Shown here in pieces: positions 12,101 through 23,600 of a DNA stretch of 64,000 nt. Location of the stretch: positions 124,001 to 188,000 of the forward strand of contig CP158635.1 in the NCBI GenBank assembly GCA_050273025.1. Reading direction: 5' to 3'. The DNA is from Cenococcum geophilum (lineage: Eukaryota). Positions within the stretch are counted from its first letter, which is position 1, and each line of letters opens with the position of its first letter. The notes below the pieces were generated by a model, which made no database searches, was not told where the DNA came from, and saw only the letters and a list, made by a program, of their open reading frames with translations. Position numbers and translations under genes: made by a program.

Positions 12101-15100
12101 TATAATGCGATATTAAAAAATACAAGTTCTATGCGTCTAAAGTTACGTACTTAGGCTTAATTATATCCCGTAACAGAATTAAAATGGACCTTAAGAAAGT
12201 CGCTATAATTGTAAACTAGAAGAGTCCTAGTAGCGTATAAAATATTTAAGGATTTCTAAAATTTATAAATTTCTATTAATAATTTATTAATTACTTCTTA
12301 AAAAATTTTAACTATTAGTAAACTTAATAAGAAAAAATATAAGATTTAAATAGACTACTAAATATGAATAAGCTTTTAACGAACTAAAATATCATTTTAT
12401 AACTACTCTAATTCTCGCCTACTTTAACCCTAACCTTAAATATATTGTTAAAACAGACTCGTCTAATTATACGCTAGGGGGAGTATTATTATAATATAAT
12501 AAGAATAGCGAGCTACGTCTAGTAGCCTTTTTCTCCTGAAAACTTGCCCCTACTAAATTAAACTATAAGATATATAATAAGGAACTACTTATAATTATTA
12601 GATGCTTTAAATAATGGCGTCCTAAATTTAAAGGATTATTATTTCTAATACGCGTGTTAACGGACTATAAGAACCTGTAGTATTTTATAACTATAAAATA
12701 ATTAACGCAGCGCTAAATTTATTAGGCCGAATATCTCTTATAATTTGACTTTAAGATTATATACTAACTGGGCAAACTTAATTAGAAGCCTAATATATTA
12801 ATATAATAATTATAAGACCTACCTATAAATGCTTTAGATAAATGGATTATAAATTAATTACGGATTTTATTACCCCCTAAACGTTTTAAAAAACTATATC
12901 CTATATTCCTAGACACAGAACTTAATAGAAATAAATCGGAAGTTAATAAATAGGAAATGGAAATTAATAAGCTAATGGAATATGAATATAAGAATAATAT
13001 ATAGATAATAGATATAATAAAAGCGATTTAAATAGGAAAACAATAGTATAAGGATATTACACTCGCTTAATGCGAAATTTAAAATAATTAATTATATTAT
13101 TAATAGAAGATAGTAGTTCCGAATTCCAAACCCTTATGATTTAAGATACTCGAATTTATACACAACTCCCCTATAATAGGGCATTCTAGCTATATAAAGA
13201 CTTATAAGATTATTTAATAAGTATACTACTAGCCTATAATATATAACTATGTACGAAAATACGTTTAAGTATATAGGATATACGTGCGTAGAAAGACCTT
13301 TTATATAAAGAAGTAAGGAGTATTTTAACCGCTACCAATTTTAATACAAAGATGGCGTGATATCTCGATTAACTTTATAGTCGACTTGCCTAGTAGTAAT
13401 AGGTTTATAAATATTATAGTAGTTATTAACCGTCTTATAAAAATGCGATATATAATCCCTATAGACTTAATTAACGTAATATTAGTAGCTGAATGTTTTA
13501 TTAAGTACGTCTTTAAGCTATACGGACTTTCTAACTTAATAATATCCGACTATAGAAGCCAGTTTGTTTTAGACTTCTAGTAAGCTCTATATAAATAATT
13601 AAGTATTTAAACACAACTCTTAACTGTATTTTATCTAGAGATAGATAGTTAAACCGAAATTATGAACGCGATTATAGAATAATACCTATAAATATACTGC
13701 TCCTACCTATAAGACGACTGGGAAAAATGGCTGCCTTTAGCTAAGTTTATTGCGAATAATATAATAAATATATTAATAGGCGTAACGCCGTTCTACGCAA
13801 CCTATAGATAAGACCCTTAACTCGGATTTAAATTATAACCTAAAATTAATATAATAGGACCTATAATTAAACGGATTTAGTTAATTAATGCGTATAACTT
13901 TGCTAATTAAATAAAGTAGTTAACGGAACTATTATAAAGTAAATTAACGTACGCTTAAATGGTATAGAAATGGCACGTAAATAAAGAACAAGCTCCTATA
14001 TAGGACTTTAAGGAAAGTAATATAGTTTACCTAAGTATATAAAACCTAAAGACTTAACGGCCCTTAAAGAAACTTAACTAGAAGTTTACAGGCCTATACT
14101 AAATTAAAAAAACTAAGCCTGTACGCCTATAAGCTTAAACTGCTAACTAAGATAAAAATACACCTAATGTTTTATGTAAGCTTATTACAACGTTTAAAAG
14201 ATAACCCTACAACTCGCGAAATTCCGCCGCTACCTCCCGTAATTATTAATAACGGTAACGGTTCTTATTTTATTAACTTAATTAATAATATATAATAAAA
14301 AACACGATCTAAATAATTTAAACTTTTTGTTAAGTAGGAAGGATATAAAATATAAACCTAGGAAACCTATAACTAGATTAAGGCCAACGCGCCTTCCTTA
14401 ATAAAAGAATTCTATAAGGACTATCCTTCGCGGCCTACTTTGGCTAGATGGATATAATATAAAGGCAAATAACTGCCACCTAACACGAAGATATGAAACT
14501 TAAAAAGAACTTAAAAGATGTTATAACGTTTATAATATAATTACGTAACACGCAAGATATTAAGGAACTTTAACCGCCGGTTAAAGTTGTTTAATTAGTT
14601 AGATCTGCCTTGCCAAGACCTACTATAAAGATATTAGTTCTGCTCACCGCCTTAACTAAGCTAATAGCGATTTTCTATTTTGGGGATAGAAAATCCTAAT
14701 TAGTCCATTTAATGATAGAAACGGTAAAACTCTATACCGCCACCTAACGTAGCTATATAAATGCGATAAGTAATAAGTCTTGATTAAATTAAATTATTTT
14801 AAACCTTTAGCCTAAGGGGGGGGGGGTACTATAACGGGACTAGCCTAGTTATAGCAGGAATATCTTAGTAAAATACTTGACAGATAAATTTTAACGCTTT
14901 AATCAAATTTTACTAAATTCTACTAGCTTAATTGACTTCTGCTAAGTTCTACTAAATTAATTAAATTTTACTAAATACCGTTAAAGACCGCGTATATATA
15001 TGCGTACGTATCGACCACTAAGACCCCTAACTATTTATTTATAAGATTCTCTTGTTATTCCTTTCTCTTCTTTATATAACGTCTTATTCTCTACAAGAGC

Positions 15101-15172
15101 TATACCCTTAGATTTAGATAGAATTTATATTGTTCCTTTAAATCTACCCTAAAGTCTCTTCGTGCCCTTATA
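9139..15172 (+). mobile_element. Full-length Gypsy family A, copy 2 (gag, protease, RT, RNaseH, integrase, chromodomain), RIP-degraded
   Basis: 343-bp LTRs at 9139-9481 and 14830-15172. TSD TAGCG/CAGCG (one RIP change). Protease DSGATG ~10843, RT AYIDDILIYS ~12007, poly-G PPT ~14815-14826. Confidence 0.95.
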
Positions 15173-15211
15173 CAGCGCTATACGCGCTATAACGACTCTT
15201 TACTATCGCCT

Positions 15212-15297
15212 CTATACTTAGCTATTAAGGGGAATAGGATTTTAGATAATATTTCTATTTATGGCGATATAAACACGTATAGTAGGGCTTTATAGGC
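15212..15297 (-). ncRNA. HDV/CPEB3-like self-cleaving ribozyme fold (RIP-damaged)
   Basis: Minus strand order: P1 gcctata, J1/2, P2 ctatac, P3 gtg, L3 tttatat, P3' cgc, P1' cataaat, ag, P4 (tatta/taata), J4/2 CTAA, P2' gtatag. Reverting C>T/G>A gives P1 GCCCAUG/CAUGGGU (G.U first pair) and GCG-UUCACGU-CGC. G1 is the first base inside the TSD. Confidence 0.78.
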
Positions 15298-18200
15298 TAT
15301 TTTCTTATTATATATCTTATAGTTATACTTAGCTAGGGCTATTATCTTTAAGAAAAACGTAATAGGATACTACTTACTATCTAGGTATAACTATAAGAGA
15401 ATCCCTACTACTAATTTATTAGAGGTATCTGTTTCTAGTATTAATTTAAGGTCTAGGTTATAGTAATAGAGAATTAAGGAGGAGGTAAGTTAGTCCTTTA
15501 ACTCCTTAAAAGCTTTTATATAATTATTGTTAAAAATAATAGGCATATTATTCTTAGTTAGTTATATAAAAGGCTTAGCTATAACCCTATAGTTATAGAT
15601 AAACTAATAGTAGAAGTTATAGAAGCTAAAAAAGGACTAGATACCTTTTATAGTATAAAAGGGTTTCTAGTTATATATTGCTTTAACCTTTTTAGAGTTA
15701 ACTTTAATTCCTTTTATACTAATAATAAACCTAAGGTACTTTATTTGTTTTACTCCTAATTTATATTTCTTAATATTAACTTATAGGCCTATATTCTATA
15801 GCCTCTCTAGGACCTTTTTAATATAAACTTAGTACTTAAGTTTATTATCTAAGTATATAAAAATATTATCTAGGTATACTATGTAGAATTTATTAAGGTA
15901 GTTAAAAAGAATATTATTTATATACTATTAGTATATAGCTAGCCTATTTATTAGTCTAAAAGGAAGAACTATATATTTATAAGAATTATAGGGGGTATAG
16001 AATATTATTAGATCCTCTAATATAGGGTCTATCCTAATTTAGTAGAAAGCTTAGCGGATATTAAGCTTAGTAAAGATTTTAGCTTGGCTTAAATATATAA
16101 GGGTCTTATTAATTAGGGGGAAAGGGTAATAATATTTCTAAGTAATAGTATTTAGTTTTTAATAGTTAATATAGAAGTGGAGGCCTTTATTAGGTTTCTT
16201 TATAAATAGAATAGGGGAAGTAAAAGGGGCCTAACTTAGTTTAATAAAACCTTTATAGAGGTTATTAATTAAGTACTATTTTATAGCTTTTAGTTCTTCT
16301 ATAGTTTACTAGTAAAGGGGGCTATAGCTTAAAGAGTTATCGGTCTCTAATTAAATCTTATAATTATAGGTTTAGTAGGGGGGTTATATATCTAAGGCTA
16401 TTTTTAAGAACATATCTCTATAGTTTAAGAGGTAAGTAGGAAGAAGGCGCTTAACTAGTTCTTTATTAGTTTCCTCTACTAGCCCTTCTTTCTTCTTATT
16501 AATAATTTAGTTAATTTTATATAAGCTAGTTATAAAGACTTTATTATTCTTCTAATATATATTAAAGTAAAAACTTATAGTACTAATTACTATAATATCT
16601 ACTATAGGGGTGTTATATAGTAGTAGGGGTGTCTATAGCCTTAGGGGCTTTTAGTATATTAGTATTATGCTTACTCCTTTTAGCTTTTACTATATCTTCT
16701 AAAGGTTATCTTTTATATCCTATTAGTATATCCTCTTTTATATTAGCTAGATCTCTATAATTTAGAAGTCGTCTATATTACTATCTATTTCACTTCTATA
16801 AGTAGAGCCCTCCTTAACTATAGTACTTTAGGGGAGTATTATTATTAGTATAGAGTTTATACTAGCCTTATAGTGGGTATTTTCTTAAATAAAGGCTAGG
16901 CCTTAGTCCGTAATATTCTATTAATAGATAGGGTTAGCCTTTATAGCTAATATCTTATAGTTAGTCTAAATTTCTCTAATAAAGGAGGGTAATTTTAGTC
17001 TATTCTCTAGCTAGATAAACTATCTTTATTATATATTTAGCTAAATATTAAAGTAGAATATCTATTTTTAGCTAAGGATTATATTATAGGAACTTAGGTC
17101 TAGGATATAGAAGGGGATACTAAACTAGTATTATCTATTAATAGTAATATATAACTTTAGGATATAGGTAACCGGCTTACTAGCTTAGCTATTATAGCCT
17201 TTTACTTAAATAGGCTTCTCTAGTTAGGTAGTATTTATATTTAAGAACTTAGTAATATTATTTATATAAGAGGTATTTATAAAGGTAAAGCTATTTACTC
17301 TAGTGTTAATAAGGGTAGTTATATTAACTCTATATCTATTTTAAGATACTATATATAGAACTATAAAGTATTTTCTACCTATTAGCTAACTTAGATTAAT
17401 CTCTTTAAGATTAATAGGATACCCTAGGGGGGAGTCTTTCCCTAGGGTTCTTCTTTTCCTAACTTATTAGATAATTCTTTTTCCTCTATCCCCTTAATAT
17501 TACCTATATCCTTTAGCTCTAGGTAGGATATAATAAAGTAATTATTTTTCCGTAATTAAAGTATATAACTATAATAGGGTTAATTAGGGTATTATAATAG
17601 GTATTAGCTAAAGGTATAGTATATAGCGATTTAGATAAGATTTATAGGTAGGTAGTTATAACCGCTTTTAGTATAAGGGCGGTTATAGTTTATCTTCTAA
17701 TGCTAGTTCCTATTAGTATAGTAAATAGGTTCTAGTTACTATAGGACTTCTTTAGTTAGTTAGAATAAGTATTAATTTATTTTAGTTCTAAATCTAGTAA
17801 TAAATATTAGGCTATAAGTCTTTAGTAGGTTAGTAGGTTATCTAAAGCTACTATAATCTTCTCTTATAGTTAGACTATTAGCTTATTATATAGGTCTAAA
17901 TAGTAGTTCTTAGGGGGAACCTAGTCTTTACCTACTAGGTATAAAAATTAGGTTTAGAACTTAGTAAAGGATTAGTTTAATTTTATTATTAGGCGGTTAT
18001 AGTTATAATAGGTATTCTATACTTTATTTAGATTAATATAGATAGTAGCTAGATACTATATTATTTTATTAATAAATATAAACTAAATAGGTAACTTATT
18101 CTTAAACTTAGCCTAGAGGTATTACTAGGTATCCCTAATAGTTTAACTAAAGAGGTAGAGTATTTTAGCTTCTTTAGAGGGGAAATAGTTATAGTTAATA

Positions 18201-19671
18201 CGGAGCTTTTCTTATACTTAGATCCTCTAATTCTTAAAGGTAGGGTCTATTTTATTAGATAGTAGTTAAGGGTTAGGGAGCTTAATAGACTTTAACTGCT
18301 TTATTATTATATCTATACTCTCTAGTATATTATATTTAGTTAAGTAAATAGGTTAGCTAAGGCTTTATAAAGGGGAGGCTAGGCTATTTTATAAGGTAGT
18401 AAGGCTTTCTAGGATCTCTTTTAAAGTCTCTTATATACTTTAGGCTTAAAGATAATTAACCTTCTAATTAGCTATAAGGGTATAAATCTGCTTATATATA
18501 TTTATAATATTATTATTATCTTTAATTTCTAATTCTAATTAGATCTTATATTCCTCTTAGGTAAAAATAGGTCTTTTAAATAAGCTTACTTTAGGTACTA
18601 TTATTAGCTTTCTAAGGTTTATTAAAATTATATAATTTAGGTTTAATTCTAGGGTATAAGTTAAGTATAGTCTATTTTATAAAAGTAGGATATTATTAAG
18701 GCCTTCCTAGACGTAGTAGTATAAGTTTTTTAGTATCTAAGTATAATATATTAATACGTTATTATAGATAAAGGTCTTCTTTTAGGGTAGGATATTATTA
18801 AGGCCTTCCTAGGTAATATAGGGAGAGCTTAGTATAATATAACGGGCTTATATAAATACTTCTAAACTAAAGCTTATAGATTACTACTATATAAGAATAC
18901 TAAACTAAGGAGAAAAAGACTATTAGAGACTAATAAGATATAAGGGATCACTAAGGCACTAATAGTAAGTAGGTTAATAGTAGTGCTAGTAAAATATAGT
19001 AGAATCTAGTAGGTTGCCTAAAAATATAGTAAATTACCTTAGAAATAGTAATATAGTAGGTAATATACTTTAGTACTATTATATAATCTTTATAGAGTAC
19101 TTATATATTAATATATTCTCCTAGCCTATTCCCTACCCTTATAGCTTATTTCTTTACCTATTAGTTCTTTAAGGTAACTCTAATATCTTTACTTTTAAGG
19201 TATTAGACTATAATAGTATTATAAACCTCTTTATAAATCTCTATAAGGACTTCTATTTCTAATTATCTACTAAGCCTATCTACTTTTTCTATATTTAGTT
19301 TTATTATAAATATATACCTAGTTATTATCTTAAGGGGGTATAATATATCCCGTCTTATATTACTATATAGCTAAAAAGATAAAGAGTATTTATAAACTTA
19401 TTATAAGCGTAGCGGGATCTATTAGAAACACAGGGTGACTCACTAATAACGACTACTCGAGTAGGGTTATAGTGATATTAGTTAATTCTTTTTAATAGGA
19501 ATAAGGAAAGGGGTAAGGAACTTAAAGTTCCTTACTACGCTAGGGCCACATTAACACGTGACGGCAATATGCTTTATGCGACGGCAACTTACCTCATTTC
19601 TAATACTGGCAACTCTTCTTTTTGTAGTTGCTATATATATATATATAAACAGACAGTATATAATAATATTA

Positions 19672-19757
19672 GGCCGTCGAAAACGGACTCTATACCTATA
19701 CGTAGTGACGGCTACGAACCTAGGTCTTCGAAGTTCAGACTTAGAGCCAACGCAGAG
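19672..19757 (+). ncRNA. HDV-like self-cleaving ribozyme fold
   Basis: P1 GGCCGTC (19672-78)/GACGGCT (19707-13) with G.U first pair. P2 ctctat (de-RIP ctctgc)/gcagag. P3 acc/agt (ggt). L3 tatacgt (tgcacgt) with P1.1 partner ac (gc). 8-bp P4 ctaggtct/agacttag. J4/2 CCAAC. Confidence 0.7.
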
Positions 19758-20670
19758 ACGTCGTATAGCGTGCGATAGGACCTAGTAGTCGTGGTTATAA
19801 GCGTTGTGGGCGGTGGTAAAAAATTTTCAGATGGTGAGATCTCGAAAACCACTACTGTGGCCCTCTACAATTCAGCTACGCTACTCTCCTATTAAGGCAC
19901 CTGTACGATCTAACGTGGATATACAGCATTCGATAGCATCCCCTGACCCCCAACAGAAAGCATTAATGACCTCTTACATCAATAAATAAGTGATCGCGAA
20001 TGAGTAAACGAACAAGCAAATATACGGCCCCTCCTAACCCCTAAGGCGATCGCCCGCGGAGTATACGGTCACTCGCCGTTGACAAATACCAAATACCCAG
20101 CAGCCTAGATTGTGACCCACGGTTTTCCTTATCTCCTTTCAACGGAGTAGTAACCCTTAGAAAGGGCCTAGCTGGGGCCTAGGCATAAAAGATACCCAAT
20201 ATAACATATCCTGCTGTTAGTATTACGGTAATTAGAACGGATGAATCCCCCTTACGCCTTCAATAGGCCCTAGGGGGGGGAGGCATAGCGTATATAGTAA
20301 TGGTTAAATAAGAGATAGTATATATAGGATAGCCAAGATATGGGAAACAATAGTAAGACAGCAATTAAGTAGTAAGGCCTAGCTAGGACGTAGTAAACCC
20401 TAGCTTAAATAAGCTAGAGAAAGAAGCAGTGGTTCCTAAGGAGTTTAAACATCCAAGGAGGACAGGACGTAGCTGTAGGCCCGTAGGGCCGCTGCTATGT
20501 GCGGATATGGCAAACGGGGTTTTTTATCCTACTAAGGTGGCTTATAGGGTTTTTCCTCCCCCCCAGCAGCAAGGGTTTTTTCCCGTCAATATTACTTTTC
20601 CCTTATATACGGAGTAGTCTACATAGGGCTAGATAGCATCTGTATCAGACGTTAATCAAAGAATTATTAT
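19672..20670 (+). mobile_element. SINE-like non-autonomous retroposon (~1.0 kb) with 5' HDV-like ribozyme, inserted in the Copia 3' UTR
   Basis: 15-16-bp TSD TATATAATAATATTA(G) at 19657-19671/2 and 20671-20685/6. Tail attattat. 3' portion homologous to ~6822-7475 (minus strand). Confidence 0.82.
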
Positions 20671-23600
20671 TATATAATAATATTAGATAATATGCAACAA
20701 AACTAGATAATATATAATAAAACTAAACGATATATAACAATGCGGTAGTTAGTAGAATTTAGTAAATAACGTAAAGATAAATAGGCCGCTAAGATGCTAG
20801 TAGTAAGCGAGCTAATGGCGATTTTCTATACCAGGCATGGAAAATCCTAATTGGTTAGTAGAAGTCTATACCGCTACCTAAATTAATTAGGCATAGCGCT
20901 CTTAGCAAGGATCTAACTAATTAGATAACTTTAACCGGCGGTTAAAGTTCTATAAAATCTTAACTTCTTTAAATTTCCCTTTTAACCTAACCTTTAACTT
21001 ATATATATAGAGTATTTATATTAATAAACGTCTCTAGTGCCTTGTTTGGGTTTGCCTTCGTCATTATATCTACTAGGTTATCTTGGCCATTAATCTATTA
21101 GATCTTAAAGAGTTCTTAATACTTATAGGACTGCTAAAGTGCCATAATATCGATTATAAGACGCTTCTCCTTTATAGTACTAAGCTTGACTAAATACTTA
21201 TAGAGGGAATATAAGTTGGTGTATACAATTATAGGGATAGCGGGAAGTTTAAGCCGGTCTATAATTATCTTAAGGGTAGTTCCAATTGCAATTACTATAT
21301 TAACTCCGCCGACCATTCTATATATCTCTAATGCTAAAATGCTTTAAGTAACGCGCTTACTCTTAGTTAAGCTCTAATAGATAAGGTTACTATAGATTAT
21401 AAAGTTATTCTCTCTAGTAGATTTATTTACGATAATAATTTTATATCCTAGCTAGGAGCTAAAATCTTTATTATTTATAAACGATCTATTAACGAATACG
21501 AAGAGCTTGGCGGTAGGAAGGTTAATAAGCACATAAAGTAGTCCCCTGTTGAGGTGGTTTATTTACTAAAAAAGACGCTTATTTAGGGCAAGAACATTAT
21601 CCTTAGTTAGTTTCTGGTATTAAGCGGTAATAGAGAGATTAAAGGAAGCCTTAAGTTAATAAATAGAAGCTATATAAGCTCCGCGAGCGCGTTACTCTAC
21701 GTATCCTTACTTTAGAGAATTAACGTTAATAACGTCGATCTTCTTGCCTTAACCCTTCTGGCATAGAGTAATAGAGCCCTTATTTAGGGAGAGGATATAT
21801 CTATTAAAGAGTAATAGTATTACTAAGTTAAGTCTTTCCTTTAGCTTTGCTATAAGGTTTACCTTTACTAGCTTATCTTCTTTAAGAGCTAAGAATTAGT
21901 TATCTCCTAAGATAATTATATTGTCCGTTTATATACTAACGATTCTAAATAGAGTTCCTGTAGTTATAATAAGGAAGTAGGGATTAAATATAGAAGTAGT
22001 TATTAAAAGCTTCTCCTTATAGTGCTTACTATAGGTAGCCTACTAATAAGTTCCTGCCTCTGCGATTCTATATAATGGCTTAAGTATAACTATAATCGTA
22101 TCCTCGGGATATTAGTGGCGAATTTGCTCTGGAAGGTATACTAGTATTAAGTGCTAAAGGCGCGTCTCTAATTAGGTATAGGCCTAAGTAATATCTTATA
22201 GGTAAACCGCCATCCTATTCTTCATTAAGGAGGGAGCTAGTGTAACAATGACTTGTTAACTAGCTCGTTAAATTATAGGGGATTGTGTAAGGATTACTTC
22301 CTTACCGTTATTGTTATAACCTTAAATAACTAGCCTTGACTTCTTAAATAGGGTATTAGTAGCTTTGCCTTTAATCTTATTAACTATTCTTAACTTAAAT
22401 ATATGGACTTTATTGAACTTAGTAGGGTTATATTTCTCGAATTTGAAGACTCCTCTTATAATAAGACTGTCGATCTCCTACTTATTAGATGCTTAGAAAG
22501 GAGCTCCTGGAGTTATAATACGGCCTTCCTTTTAGAGCTGTTTTATAAGTTTAAAGTCAGCCTTCTCTTTAGCTATTATAAAGGCCATTAATAGTTTATC
22601 TCCATTCTTAATAGCGGTGACGAATTGCTCTTTGAAATTAATAAGATATTGGCGATTTTATAATCCCTTTAGGCGACCTTTACCGTGTTATAGTTACGGT
22701 ACATCTACTATAATTATATTAGAATCGCCTTCGCCTTCTAAAGTACGTTAATTGTGGTTCTTCTTTGGGGTATCCTCTGGGGTATCCTATAAAGGCTTAG
22801 AGCTATTATCCCTGTAATAGGGCTTAACAATAGTTAAGCGGAATTAAGTAGGTCTATAGGGCATCTAAAGAGTGTAAGTTTAACTATTAATTATAATAAG
22901 TTTATATAGGCCTAACTATCCTCCCTTTTTACGCCATATGCGTACCTCTGATTAGAGTGGTAGATTAAGTGTAGTTAAGGTGTTTAGGCTATTTCTTATT
23001 CCTAGTACGTTGTTAACCTAGCGCGTGGCGTAGAGATATTATACCTCCTTTATTGCCTTGCGAATAGCCTTAGCTTATTATATAATAGAGGGAGATAGTA
23101 AAAAATTGTTAGTTATTTAAGGGTAGGCGCTAAAGACTAGTAACGTAGGTACGAGCCTATCTAGGCTAGCGGTATCGTTAATAGCCTTAATAGCTATCTA
23201 TAGGATAAGCTCTTTGCTAGCACCCTCTAGTTCCGAAAAAATGATCTTATATACGCGGCGTAATGGTATATAATATTATTCTACTTTTCTAATACTATTA
23301 TATACCTTAACGGGGACTTCCTTAACCTTAATTGTTATTACCTTTGCCTGTTATTAAAACTTCGTAAATAAGAAGTTCTTTTCTATATTGTAAACGATTT
23401 AATTAGGGGGTCCTAGGTAGATATTAATTTAGTATAATTAAAGAGTATCCTATACGTTCCTAGCTGATATATCTTTTAAAAAGTGTGCGGCTTAGAAGGA
23501 GGTTAAGAAGTTAATAACTTAGAGTACTAGCTTGCCGCTAAGATATATAATATCTATAATAATATAGAAGTTAAAGTTATAGTTATCTTTAAGAGTAAAC

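Larger units (their letters stand above)
6822..15297 (-). mobile_element. Non-autonomous non-LTR retroposon (~2.44 kb after removing the nested Gypsy) with 5' HDV-like ribozyme and (ATT)n-like tail
   Basis: 15-bp TSD TATTTTCTTATTATA at 6807-6821 and 15298-15312. Short trinucleotide tail at ~6822-6830. Its 3' ~650 bp are homologous to ~20025-20670. Too short for a full LINE and no RT motif seen. Confidence 0.82.
5407..19083 (-). mobile_element. Gypsy family H element (5' LTR ~18838-19083; gag-protease-RT-RNaseH in 15298-18800; RNaseH-integrase in 5407-6821), interrupted by the retroposon at 6822-15297
   Basis: RT motif VYLDDI at ~15860-15885. The RNaseH motif NYEIHDKE(M)LAI is split exactly across the 15-bp TSD. 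Integrase TDGQTE-like motif at ~5750-5770. Confidence 0.85.

Noticed and set aside
13386..13580. Short ORF-track hits inside TEs (also 652-876, 21134-21316, 25862-26107, 63530-63763)
   Set aside because: Stop-free remnants or antisense frames of RIP-degraded retroelement sequence, not independent genes.
14554..14750. Hammerhead, hairpin ribozyme or group I intron reading of the shared 3' UTR module
   Set aside because: Could not place a CUGANGA...GAAA core or P/Q/R/S motifs in the required order even after de-RIP, and motif 2 occurs in either orientation.
19672..19800. tRNA- or 5S-derived SINE head
   Set aside because: No convincing A/B boxes or cloverleaf; an HDV-type pseudoknot explains the pairing better.
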